This document shows positions 10,428 through 19,908 of a DNA stretch of 64,000 bases, piece by piece. A program made the position numbers and the translations under genes. The DNA comes from Planctomycetota bacterium. GTDB lineage: Bacteria > Planctomycetota > B15-G4. The stretch is from NCBI GenBank assembly GCA_038212275.1, contig JBBQUR010000001.1, positions 96,001 to 160,000 on the forward strand, in the 5' to 3' direction. The notes beneath the pieces are model-generated. The model was given only the letters and a program-made list of their open reading frames with translations. It was not told where the DNA came from and made no database searches. How positions within the stretch are numbered: position 1 is the stretch's first letter; each line of letters starts with the position of its first letter.

Positions 10428-11336
10428 ATGGGTCCGTCCGATCTGCCGCCGGCCTTGCAGGCTTCCCATGTGCTGATGCGACGCGGGGGCGTCGCCTTGC
10501 TGCTCCGGCGCGGGTGGGACGTCGCGCTCCCCGTGCAAGCGATGCTCGAGGGGGCGCCGCTGGAGAGTTGGGGCGCTGCGGTGCCTCACGACCTGACCGG
10601 GCGTGGTCCGATGCACGTGCTGGCGACGGCGCGAGGCGAACTCGTCGCGAAGGAACTCCGGCGTGGAGGGCTGCTCGGCGGTGTGGCGCGGCGCACGTTT
10701 CTCGATCCGCGGCGCGGTTGGCGCGAAGCGGCCGCAGCCGAGACGCTCTCGGCGCGCGGCGTGGCCACGCCCGCGGTCGTGGCCGCACGCTCGCGGCGTG
10801 TCGCTCCCGGCCTGTATCGGCTGGACGTGGCGACCGAGCGGCTGCCTGCCGCGGGCGACCTGCTGGCGATGCTTCGCGCTCCGCAACCCGACTTGCGGCT
10901 GCTTGCGTCCGCCGCGGGCCTGACGCTCCGGCGCGCGCACGATGCCGGCCTGCGGCACCGCGATCTCAATGCGAAGAATCTGCTCGTTCCCGCGAACGCG
11001 GCCCGAAACGGCCTGATCGTCCTGGACCTCGATCGATGCACGGTGGGGAAGCCGCTGGCTCGCGAGGAACGGGTGGAGGCGTTGGCCCGTATGGCGCGGT
11101 CGCTCGTGAAGCGTGGCGTGCTGCCGCTGGCCGAGGCGGGCCGGAGCGAGGACATCGCCTTGCGTCAGCGGGCTGCGCTCGCGGCGTGCCGGGACTTTTT
11201 CCGGGCCTACGGCTCAGTGAACGGCCAGATGCCGGCCAAGCTGCTGGGCGAATGCGTCGCCACGCTTCAGCGCACGCTGGCGTGGCACGCTCGCGGCTGG
11301 ACGGCCCGCGGAACGTCCCGCGAAACGGCCCGCTGA
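10428..11336 (+). CDS. Lipopolysaccharide kinase (Kdo kinase/InaA family)
   Basis: VAKELRRGG, HRDLNAKNLL, VLDLDR; divergent from the GT9 gene; start uncertain (10416 or 10428). Confidence 0.8.
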   Translation: MGPSDLPPALQASHVLMRRGGVALLLRRGWDVALPVQAMLEGAPLESWGAAVPHDLTGRGPMHVLATARGELVAKELRRGGLLGGVARRTFLDPRRGWREAAAAETLSARGVATPAVVAARSRRVAPGLYRLDVATERLPAAGDLLAMLRAPQPDLRLLASAAGLTLRRAHDAGLRHRDLNAKNLLVPANAARNGLIVLDLDRCTVGKPLAREERVEALARMARSLVKRGVLPLAEAGRSEDIALRQRAALAACRDFFRAYGSVNGQMPAKLLGECVATLQRTLAWHARGWTARGTSRETAR

Positions 11337-11362
11337 GGGGGCACCTGCGGGGGGCACCTGCG
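11337..11362. repeat. 13-bp tandem duplication GGGGGCACCTGCG x2
   Basis: Seen directly after the kinase stop codon. Confidence 0.7.
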
Positions 11363-11503
11363 GTGGGCCCGGCAGGAGTGCCGGCGGCGGTGACTCCGCT
11401 TGAACGCAAGGTCGGCGACCCGGTCGGCCGATGAGGCGTTTTCGAGAACCCGACACGTCCGTGCACGGGCTCGGCCTGACATCGAATGACCCGGAGAGGA
11501 ACC

Positions 11504-13597
11504 ATGCGCTTCCCCACGCGGACCATCCTGACCGCCATCGCCCTGCTGCTTGCGCCACGCGCGCTGCCGGCGCAACTCGCCGACATGCAGCCCGGCCGGA
11601 ACTTCACGAGTTCGGCGCAGTTCGGTACGGACCGCTCCGAGAACATCGACCCGGGCGACGTCGACAACGACGGCGACCTCGATGTCATCGTGGCGAACGG
11701 TGGTGACGGCGTGGCGCAGAACAACCGCATCTTCATCAACATGGGTGGCCTGCAGGGCGGGGTCGTGGGGACGTTCAACGAGCAGACAAGTACCCGCTTC
11801 GCCGGGTTTCCCCTCGACACGAGTCGCGACTGCGAGTTCGTTGACATCGAGCAGGACGGCGATCTCGATATCTACATCAGCAATCGAGGCACGACCGCGA
11901 ACGGCGGCGAGCCGTCGCGCTTCTACGTGAACATGGGCGGGAGCCAGGGCGGCACGGTCGGCTTCTACACGGAGGGGAGCAACACCCACTGGGGCAACCT
12001 GATTTCGGTGCCGGCGGGGGACCAGGTGCTCGGAGGAAATGTCGGGCCGTTCCGCGACTACAGCTGTGATTGCGACTTCGCGGATCTCGACGACGACGGC
12101 GACAACGACCTGTTTCACGGCAGCTACGGCCCGGCGCTGGACGGCACGCGTGACTCGCGCATCTTCCTCAACGATGGAGGCGGCATCTTCAACGAGGCCT
12201 GGCCGTGGGCCAACGCGGGAGCCGACATCCGCGTGCACGACGTGGACCTCGACCTCGTGGATCTCGACGGCGACTTCGACATCGACGTGATGATGTCCAG
12301 CCGCAACAGCCAGGCCCGCACGTACATGAACAACCTGTACAGCGGCATCAGCGCGTCGATGTTCAACGACATCACGCAGAGCGCCCTCATCGCGACCGGC
12401 GCGACGGGCACCGGCACCGTGAATTACGAAAGCGAGTACGGCGATGTCGACGGCGACGGCGACTTCGACGTGTGGATGAAGAACTACGATGCCAACATCG
12501 ACCGCATCCTGCGCAACGACGGCTTCACGCCGGGTGTCGGCTACAAGTTCACCGAGATGGCGAACTGGATCCGCAACGATCCGAATGTGGACGAGAACGA
12601 GATCGACTTCATCGATTTCGACAATGACGGCGACCTGGACAGCTTCGTCGCGAACTTCGGTGGCACCAACTGGCTCTACCAGAACGGCCTCGCGCAGGGC
12701 CTCGATCCGGACGTGTCGGGTCTGTTTCACCGCACCGGTGTGGCGGGCGGGCAGGCCCCGCAGCCAGAGCTTCCCGCGGCAAACAATGGCGGGCAGACCC
12801 TCGATGGCGACATCGCCGACGTCGACAACGACGGCGACGACGACATCCTGATTGCCAACGACGCAAACCAGCAGAACTTCCTGTTCACGAACGTGCTCGG
12901 CGTCCCGGACACGCATGCGCCGACCTTCTACCGACTCACGCAGCAGGCGGCCAAGCCGAATGGCAGCGCGACGGTCGTGCACGCGCAGATCCGCGACAAC
13001 ACGAGCTACTACCTCACCACGTTCTACCCGGCGAAGCTCATCTACTCGATCGATGGCGGCACGCCGCTCACGCTCGGCATGTCGCACCAGGGGAGCATGC
13101 AGTATCGCGGCGTGATCCCCGCGCAGGCGAACGCGACCGTGAGCTACCGGGTAGAGGTCACGGACCTTGCCGGGAACACGGGCATCTCGAACACGGTGAC
13201 GTTCCTGCAGGGGAGCGCTTCCGGCCCGTGGACCGACATCGGCTTCGGTCTCGGTGGCATCGACGGCCTCCCGCAGTTGGCTGGAACCGGCACGCTCGCT
13301 GCCGGATCGCCGGGGTCGCTGACGCTCACCCACGCCAAGCCCTCGTCGACATCGGTCCTCTTTCTGTCGCTCAGTTCGAGCCCGGTTCCCTTCAAGGGCG
13401 GCACGCTGGCGGCGTTTCCGTTCCTGGCCAACCTCGTGCTTGCGACCAATGGTTCAGGCGGGATCTCTCTGCCCTGGGGCAGCTGGCCGGCCGGTCTGCC
13501 GAGCGGCACGACCGTTTACTTCCAGATCGCGATCGCGGATGCCGCGGGCCCTTCCGGCGCCGCCCTGAGTAATGCGCTGCGGGCGACCACTCCCTGA
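11504..13597 (+). CDS. Secreted FG-GAP/VCBS-repeat (Ca-binding beta-propeller) protein, paralog 1
   Basis: SD GGAGAGGA; signal peptide; many D.D.DGD.D loops; Ig-like domain; C-terminal PFKGG domain. Confidence 0.9.
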   Translation: MRFPTRTILTAIALLLAPRALPAQLADMQPGRNFTSSAQFGTDRSENIDPGDVDNDGDLDVIVANGGDGVAQNNRIFINMGGLQGGVVGTFNEQTSTRFAGFPLDTSRDCEFVDIEQDGDLDIYISNRGTTANGGEPSRFYVNMGGSQGGTVGFYTEGSNTHWGNLISVPAGDQVLGGNVGPFRDYSCDCDFADLDDDGDNDLFHGSYGPALDGTRDSRIFLNDGGGIFNEAWPWANAGADIRVHDVDLDLVDLDGDFDIDVMMSSRNSQARTYMNNLYSGISASMFNDITQSALIATGATGTGTVNYESEYGDVDGDGDFDVWMKNYDANIDRILRNDGFTPGVGYKFTEMANWIRNDPNVDENEIDFIDFDNDGDLDSFVANFGGTNWLYQNGLAQGLDPDVSGLFHRTGVAGGQAPQPELPAANNGGQTLDGDIADVDNDGDDDILIANDANQQNFLFTNVLGVPDTHAPTFYRLTQQAAKPNGSATVVHAQIRDNTSYYLTTFYPAKLIYSIDGGTPLTLGMSHQGSMQYRGVIPAQANATVSYRVEVTDLAGNTGISNTVTFLQGSASGPWTDIGFGLGGIDGLPQLAGTGTLAAGSPGSLTLTHAKPSSTSVLFLSLSSSPVPFKGGTLAAFPFLANLVLATNGSGGISLPWGSWPAGLPSGTTVYFQIAIADAAGPSGAALSNALRATTP

Positions 13598-14158
13598 ACC
13601 GTTTCCGCCCGGAAATCCTGCCCTCGGTTCCCTGGGGCCGCGGGTGCGGGACGCACCATGGGCTCCGGTCCCCGGGGTGAGGCGCCTTGCGCATGGGTGA
13701 GATGCTCGCTTCGCACGCGGCTGGGCGATCGAATTCAGGTGCCTCGAAGCTGCCAAATCACGGCATCAGAGGCCGTTGGAATGAAGTCTGGCCGGGATAG
13801 CGACCCGGTCGTGGTTCGCAGATTCAGTGGAGCGCCGGGCAGCGGCAAATCAGGCCTTTCGGCCCGGACTTCGGGGCGATTCGTGCCAACGGGGCGCCAA
13901 CCGGGCGCCCGGAAGCGCGGACTCACTACGCCGCACCCAGGGCTGTTCTGCCGGACCAAAGATTCTTTATTGCATAGTTTCGGGATATGCGAGTAGTCTT
14001 TGCGCCGCTGCGAATCCGACACTCGCGCCGGCTACCTGCCTCTCTTCCGCAGGTCGCAGGCACGTGAGCCGGAGCATCGGCCGCACCCCCTGCGGGCCCG
14101 GTGTGCAGTTTCGTGATAGGTGTCGCTTGGGACAGTTCTCAGTATCCGAGGTAACAAC

Positions 14159-16261
14159 ATGCGTTTCTCTTCCCTCTTCGGCTTCCTTGCTGCCGGGTCT
14201 GCGATCGCGCTGACCAGCAGCGCGGCGAATGCACAGGTGCTCGCCGACCTTCAACCTGGTCGAAATTTCTCGAGCTCGGCCAACTTCGGCACGAACCGCT
14301 CGGAAAATATCGATCCGGGTGACGTGGACAACGACGGCGATCTCGACGTCGGCGTTGCGAACGGCGGCGACTTCGGCCCCGAGAACAACCGTATCTTCAT
14401 CAACATGGGTGGCCTGCAGGGCGGGACCATCGGCACGTTCAACGAGCAGACCAGCACGCGCTTTGCCGGCGTTGCGGTTGATACCTCGCGCGACATCGAG
14501 TTCGTCGACGTCGACAACGACGCGGACCTTGATGTGTACATCGGCAACCGCGGTACCGTTCCGAACGGTGGCGAGACCAGCCGCTTCTACACCAACAAGG
14601 GCGGTCTGCAGGGCGGAACGATCGGCTTCTTCCAGGAGGACACGAACCTCCGGTGGGGCACGCTCGCGTCCGTGCCGGTGGGCGACCAGATTCTCGGCGG
14701 CAACGCCGGCCCATGGCGCGACTACACCTGCGATTGCGACTTCGGCGACCTTGATGACGACGGCGATACCGATCTGTTCCACAGCGGTTACGGCCCGGCC
14801 GTCAATGGCACGCGCAACTCGCGAATCTTCCTGAACACCGGCGCTGGAATCTTCAATGAGACGTTCCCGTGGGCCAATGCGGGGGCGGACATCCAGACGC
14901 ACACGATCGACTTCGACCTCGTCGACCTCGACGGCGATTTCGACCTCGATGTTTCCATGGCCAGCCGGAACAGTCAGGCTCGTCAGTACAACAACAACCT
15001 GTACAACCCGATCAGCGCGTCGATGTTCAACGACACGACTGCATGGTCGCTGCTTGCAAATCAGGCCGGTGGTTCGGCCACGGTGAACTACGAGAACGAG
15101 TATGGCGACCTCGATGGCGACGGCGACTTCGACATCTGGTTCAAGAACTACAACGGCAACCTGGACCGTGTTTTCCGCAATGACGGCTTCACGGCGGGCA
15201 TGGGGACTCAGTTCACGCAGATGAACAACTGGATCAAGAGCGATCCGAACGTGGACGAGAACGAAGTCGACTTCATCGACTACGACAACGACGGTGACCT
15301 CGACTCGTTTGTCGCGAACTTCGGCGGCACCAACTACCTGTACCAGAGCGGTCTGGCACAGGGCCTGAACTACGATTCGGTGGGTCTGTACCACCGGACC
15401 GGTACGGCGACCCTGTCCCCGAACCCCGAGCTGCCCGCTGCCAACAACGGCAGCACGACGCTCGACGGTGACGTGGCCGACATTGACAACGACGGCGACG
15501 ACGACCTGCTCGTTGCCAACGATGCCAATCAGCAGAACTTCCTGTTCAAGAACATTCTCGGTGTCCCCGACACGCACGCGCCGACCTTTTACAAGCTCAC
15601 GGCGCAGGCGGACAAGGCGAACGGCACCAGCACGGTGATCCACGCTCAGCTGCGTGACAACACCAGCTACTATCTCGTCAACTTCTACCCGACCAACCTG
15701 GTCTACCAGGTGGACGGTGGAGCTGATGTGACGGTGCAGATGTTCCACCAGGGGAGCATGCAGTTCCGCGGTGTCATCCCGGAACAGACCGACGCGACGA
15801 TCACGTATCACGTCACGACGGAGGACCTGACTGGCAACGTCGCGACCTCGGGCACGACCTGCTTCAAGCAGGGCAGCCCGGCGTCGCCGTGGAGCGACAT
15901 CGGTTTCGGTACGGCCGGCATCACGGGCATCCCCGCGCTGAATGGCACGGGAACGCTTGTCGGTGGCTGCCCGCTGACGATCGATCTGACCAATGCGAAG
16001 CCGGCTTCGACGGCCGGTCTCTTCGTGTCGATCGCGTCGGTCCCGGTGCCGTTCAAGGGCGGAACGCTTGCCGCGTTCCCGACCTTGACGGGCGAGCCGA
16101 TCATCCTTCCCACGCTGGGCGGCACCTTGTCGATCCCGAGCACGATGCCCTTGGGCGTCAATGGGCTGGGTGTGTCGCTCTACTTCCAGTACGTCATTGC
16201 TGACGCTGCTGGTCCGAAGGGATTCTCGCTGAGCAACACGCTCAAGGGTCTCGTGCCGTAA
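14159..16261 (+). CDS. Secreted FG-GAP/VCBS-repeat protein, paralog 2
   Basis: SD GAGGT; signal peptide ending ANA; colinear with paralog 1 with long identical stretches (e.g. DPNVDENE, NDANQQNFLF, GVPDTHAPTFY). Confidence 0.9.
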   Translation: MRFSSLFGFLAAGSAIALTSSAANAQVLADLQPGRNFSSSANFGTNRSENIDPGDVDNDGDLDVGVANGGDFGPENNRIFINMGGLQGGTIGTFNEQTSTRFAGVAVDTSRDIEFVDVDNDADLDVYIGNRGTVPNGGETSRFYTNKGGLQGGTIGFFQEDTNLRWGTLASVPVGDQILGGNAGPWRDYTCDCDFGDLDDDGDTDLFHSGYGPAVNGTRNSRIFLNTGAGIFNETFPWANAGADIQTHTIDFDLVDLDGDFDLDVSMASRNSQARQYNNNLYNPISASMFNDTTAWSLLANQAGGSATVNYENEYGDLDGDGDFDIWFKNYNGNLDRVFRNDGFTAGMGTQFTQMNNWIKSDPNVDENEVDFIDYDNDGDLDSFVANFGGTNYLYQSGLAQGLNYDSVGLYHRTGTATLSPNPELPAANNGSTTLDGDVADIDNDGDDDLLVANDANQQNFLFKNILGVPDTHAPTFYKLTAQADKANGTSTVIHAQLRDNTSYYLVNFYPTNLVYQVDGGADVTVQMFHQGSMQFRGVIPEQTDATITYHVTTEDLTGNVATSGTTCFKQGSPASPWSDIGFGTAGITGIPALNGTGTLVGGCPLTIDLTNAKPASTAGLFVSIASVPVPFKGGTLAAFPTLTGEPIILPTLGGTLSIPSTMPLGVNGLGVSLYFQYVIADAAGPKGFSLSNTLKGLVP

Positions 16262-16299
16262 GGCACCTTCGGTACGGTCAGGCGCAGGTCTGACCTGAA

Positions 16300-16343
16300 G
16301 ATGAGGCCCCCGGATCCGCATGGATCCGGGGGCCTCGTCATTT
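16300..16343 (+). terminator. Rho-independent terminator
   Basis: GATGAGGCCCCCGGATCC-GCAT-GGATCCGGGGGCCTCGTC followed by ATTT, 38 nt after the stop. Confidence 0.8.
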
Positions 16344-16596
16344 GAGGCGCGATTGTCAGTCGTTCGAGGCTTGTCTCGATGATGGGCAGGCCATTCGACG
16401 TGGCGTGTCTCGCGATCGTCGGTGGACAACTCAGTTCAATCGATGGTCCGGGCGGCAGGACAATCGAATGCCCGTCCAGTGGCGGTTCGGTGCTGCCTTC
16501 GATGGCAGGGCCGTTGCCGAGACTCCGCCACCTGCCGAGTGTCGAGGCAACGACGGGCGCGTTCGCAGAGGCTCGGGACCGGCTTGCGTCAACTCG

Positions 16597-17586
16597 TCAG
16601 GGAACCAGTGATTTCCACTGGGCGCTTTGCGGCCCGGGATCCACTCCGTAGATCTCCACCAGCGCGGCATGTGCCGTCGTGGATTCGATATCACGTGAAC
16701 TGTCCAGCATCGCAAGGAGCAGCGGAGCCGCTGCTCGCGAACGAGCCGCCCCCAGTGCGGCCGCCATGCTGGCACGTACCAGCGGCACGTCTTCGCCAGG
16801 AAGCGCGTCGAGCAGTCTGGTGGTGAGCATCGGAGATGGATGCCGTCTCGCGATGGCTGCCGCATGCAGCCGGACCTTGGGCTCCTTGTCGGCCAATGCC
16901 ACCAGCAGGCTATCGAGTGCGATCGGGAGACTCTGCTCGTTCAGCACGGCGCCGACCGCAAGAGTGGCGTTGCTGCGGACATCCGGATCATGGTGCTGCA
17001 CCATCAAGTCGAGCAATGGACGCAACGGAGTGTTTTCGTCCTGAAGTTTCCACAGGCCGAGCAGGACGTTCCGGAGCAGGGCGTCGTCACGGGTCTGAAG
17101 GGCCTGACTGAGCGCAGCCAATGCTCGGGCATGAGGAGAATCGACCTTCGCGTTGTTCGCTGGCACTCGTGCGAAGCCAAGCGCCCATGCCGCGACGAGT
17201 TGGCGTTCTCGCGCACCCCTGTCCAAGGCCGCAAGGACCGCATCGATGTTGACGACCACCTTGAGGGTGAGGATTCGCTCGATGGGGGCCTCACGTCCCT
17301 TCCGCTGCTCGCTCTCCCATGCAGGGAGCAGTCGTTCTAGCGAGGTCATCAGTGCTGAAGGGTCCTCGGTTTGTCCCAGCGCGACGGCCTGCGAGATCTG
17401 CTGGAGGAAGTCAGCGTCCTCGGCGGCAACAAGTGCGGAGTCCCGCGCGGCCTGCGCCTCCGGGGAGATGTTTGCATCCGCCATGGCCTCGCCGGATTTC
17501 GTTGAAGCGTCTGGATTGTCCGGGGCGACGCAGGCAACTGTCGCAAGTGAGAGAACGACTGCCCTCAGGGAGAATCTGGACTTCAT
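16597..17586 (-). CDS. HEAT-repeat lipoprotein
   Basis: Lipobox TVA-C; repeats DPDVRSNATLAVG, EPKVRLHAA, VPLVRASMAAALG. Confidence 0.8.
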   Translation of the reverse strand: MKSRFSLRAVVLSLATVACVAPDNPDASTKSGEAMADANISPEAQAARDSALVAAEDADFLQQISQAVALGQTEDPSALMTSLERLLPAWESEQRKGREAPIERILTLKVVVNIDAVLAALDRGARERQLVAAWALGFARVPANNAKVDSPHARALAALSQALQTRDDALLRNVLLGLWKLQDENTPLRPLLDLMVQHHDPDVRSNATLAVGAVLNEQSLPIALDSLLVALADKEPKVRLHAAAIARRHPSPMLTTRLLDALPGEDVPLVRASMAAALGAARSRAAAPLLLAMLDSSRDIESTTAHAALVEIYGVDPGPQSAQWKSLVP

Positions 17587-18014
17587 GTGCTCTCCGACGA
17601 CAGAGGAGCGGCCAAACGTCCCTGACGAAGAGCTGCCAGCGTCTGAGCCGGAAGGCCGACGGGCCGGAAGCGCGTATCGAGGCAGCCAAGGCGCGTATGG
17701 CCTGTCGCCAGCCTGACCCCGGACTGATCCAGCAGCGTGTACTGAAAGGCAAGGCTTGCGCGGCCCAGTTCCGACAGCACGACCTCCAGCCGGAGTTCCT
17801 CATCGAAGCGCGCCGGCTGCAAGTAGCGGACGCTGGTCTCCACGACCACCAGGCGGTAGCCGTCTCGCTCCAGCCGGGCATAGTCGCTGCCCGAAGCTCG
17901 CAGGTATTCCGTACGCCCGACGTCGAAGTACACTAGGTAGTTTGCATGGTAGACGATGCCCATGCCGTCTACCTCGGCGTAGCGGGGCCTTATCGCCACG
18001 GTGAACGGGTCCAT
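17583..18014 (-). CDS. Acyl-CoA thioesterase, YbgC/FadM (4HBT) family
   Basis: RYAEVDGMGIVYHANYLVYFDVGRTEY and YLQPARFDE. Confidence 0.9.
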   Translation of the reverse strand: MDPFTVAIRPRYAEVDGMGIVYHANYLVYFDVGRTEYLRASGSDYARLERDGYRLVVVETSVRYLQPARFDEELRLEVVLSELGRASLAFQYTLLDQSGVRLATGHTRLGCLDTRFRPVGLPAQTLAALRQGRLAAPLSSEST

Positions 18015-18076
18015 GCTTGAACACCTTGTGAAACAACCCTGTTCCGCGCAAGGGGGCATTGCGTGATCATGGCAGG

Positions 18077-18445
18077 ATGAGACCACCGTCCCTGATTGTT
18101 GCGCTCGCGGCCTGGGCTATCCCCGGACTGGGGCATCTGCTGCTCGGCCGAGTGGCCAAGGCCTGCTACTTCGGGGGCCTTGTGCTGGGCGTGTTCGCGC
18201 TCGGCTTGTGGCTCAGCCAAGGTGCCGCCGTGTCATCGGCTCGCTTTCCGTGGCATATCTACGGTCAACGTGGTGCAGGAATCGTTGCGTGGCTGGCCGA
18301 CAGGTTCCTCGGGGCAGCCCCACAGGCACGCACGATTGACAGGCTCGAGCTTGGAGTCGTTTTCACGACTGTTGCAGGCATCATGAACGTGATTGCGATC
18401 GTCGATGCGTATGAAATCGCGCGACGCAGAAAGGTGGCGTCATGA
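18077..18445 (+). CDS. Small membrane protein (DUF6677-like)
   Basis: LAAWAIPGLGHLLLGR..K and ELGVVFTTVAGIMNVIAIVDAY. Confidence 0.7.
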   Translation: MRPPSLIVALAAWAIPGLGHLLLGRVAKACYFGGLVLGVFALGLWLSQGAAVSSARFPWHIYGQRGAGIVAWLADRFLGAAPQARTIDRLELGVVFTTVAGIMNVIAIVDAYEIARRRKVAS

Positions 18446-18642
18446 CTGTCGGACCCATGTCGCTAGGTGAGCACGCTTTCTGGTTCACGGTGCTCTCCCT
18501 GTTCGTCTTCCTTGTCTACAACGCACTTCATGTGGACTCGGTGGCGGAAGCAGCACGTCATGGAGTGCGGCGGTGGTTCGTGTTCGTACTGGGAACGGCT
18601 GTTCTCGCGCTTGTGTCCAACCTGCTGTCCAGCTACCTCTGA
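18442..18642 (+). CDS. Small two-TM membrane protein
   Basis: ATGA overlap, SD AAAGGTGG, two hydrophobic segments. Confidence 0.65.
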   Translation: MTVGPMSLGEHAFWFTVLSLFVFLVYNALHVDSVAEAARHGVRRWFVFVLGTAVLALVSNLLSSYL

Positions 18643-18646
18643 AGCA

Positions 18647-19762
18647 TCACTTCGAATCCGGATTCTGTGCCGCAAACCGGCCTCCCGGGAGTCGCCTCAA
18701 CAGCCCTTGCAACTCAAGGGCTATGACGCCGGAGAGCACTTCACGCGTACTCCTGTCGGTCGCCTGCGCGAGTTCGTCAATGTCAAGCGTTCGACGGCCG
18801 AGAGCTGCCAGCAATGGGTCCCGCGGGGCGACTCGGAGGTGATCTGGTGCAGGCATCGGCCCGCGAATCGCGAACATCAGAGAACTCACGTCCAGAATGG
18901 GCGTGGCTCCCTCCGCGATCAACTTGTTGCAGCCAGCCGATTGATCACTATCGATCGGGCCCGGTACGGCGAGCACATCGCGCCCCAGTTCCAGTGCGTG
19001 GCTGGCCGTAATCAAGGCGCCGCTTCGCAGTCCCGCCTCTACGACGAGCACCTGTCGGGACAGTGCAGCAATCACGCGGTTCCTGCGCGGAAAGGCGACT
19101 CGGTCCGGACGCCGTCCTAGCGGGAACTCTGAAATGAGCGTGCCGCGCTCGGCGATGGCCGCCTGCAGTCCCCGATTTTCCGGGGGATAGGAAATGTCTA
19201 TTCCCGTCCCGAGCACGGCGACAGGCCAGCCGCCAAGATCCAAGGCTGCCTCCAGCGCGAACCGATCGACGCCGCGGGCCAAGCCGCTGACGATGACAAA
19301 ACCCGCACCTGCCGCAGCGGATGCCAGCATCCGGGTCGACTGCTGCCCATAGTTCGTGGCCGCTCTCGATCCAACGATGGCGACAGCAGCTTGCTCGATG
19401 GGCCAGCGGCCTCGAATCGAAAGCAGGAGAGGTGGCTGATAGAGGTGATGCAGCGCACCGGGGTAGTCTGCGGCATCATGCGGAACAATCCTTATTCCCT
19501 CGGCCCTGCAGCGCTGCAACTCTGCAACCGCGGCGCGACCATCACGTAGCCTGTCGAGACACTCGACCTTCCACGGTGAAAGACCGGCCGCTCTCCACGC
19601 GTCCGGGTGAGCTCCCATCCACCCGGTGGCCGACCCAATGGCTGAGAGCATGCAAGCCTCGTCCCTGGCCGAGCAGTTGGCCAAGTGCATGCACATCCGC
19701 TGCAGGCCAGTGCAACTGGCACCGGCCCCGTCGGTCGGAAGCCCCGTCTCCTCTGAGTTCAT
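18647..19762 (-). CDS. dprA: DNA-processing protein DprA
   Basis: VAIVGSR, IVSGLARGVD, VLGTGID..YP, ISEFP, FPRRNRVIA, VVEAG..SGALITA, C-terminal wHTH. Confidence 0.93.
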   Translation of the reverse strand: MNSEETGLPTDGAGASCTGLQRMCMHLANCSARDEACMLSAIGSATGWMGAHPDAWRAAGLSPWKVECLDRLRDGRAAVAELQRCRAEGIRIVPHDAADYPGALHHLYQPPLLLSIRGRWPIEQAAVAIVGSRAATNYGQQSTRMLASAAAGAGFVIVSGLARGVDRFALEAALDLGGWPVAVLGTGIDISYPPENRGLQAAIAERGTLISEFPLGRRPDRVAFPRRNRVIAALSRQVLVVEAGLRSGALITASHALELGRDVLAVPGPIDSDQSAGCNKLIAEGATPILDVSSLMFAIRGPMPAPDHLRVAPRDPLLAALGRRTLDIDELAQATDRSTREVLSGVIALELQGLLRRLPGGRFAAQNPDSK

Positions 19763-19908
19763 GACGATGGGGACGGAGGGAGGGCGCGCGGGTTACGTTT
19801 TCGCGCGCGTTTCGGCCGATAGGGCTTGAGGCCGACAAGGTTGGACCAAATTCCATGCCAAGGGTAGACTTCTGACTTGGCCCGTTATTGCATCTTCTTG
19901 AGGCACAA

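Noticed and set aside
13843..13905. c-di-GMP-I riboswitch (GGCAAA start)
   Set aside because: No GNRA-capped P2 or downstream GCAAAGC core is visible
13966..13996. dif-like site (CGCATA...TATG on the minus strand)
   Set aside because: The spacing between arms is one base longer than the 11-6-11 dif geometry, and the XerD arm matches poorly
18650..18662. TTCGAATCC, resembling a tRNA T-loop
   Set aside because: It lies in the last codons of dprA and no cloverleaf can be built around it
19877..19893. Sigma54 promoter TTGGCCCGTTATTGCAT on the plus strand
   Set aside because: Only 9 nt separate GG and GC; sigma54 requires 10
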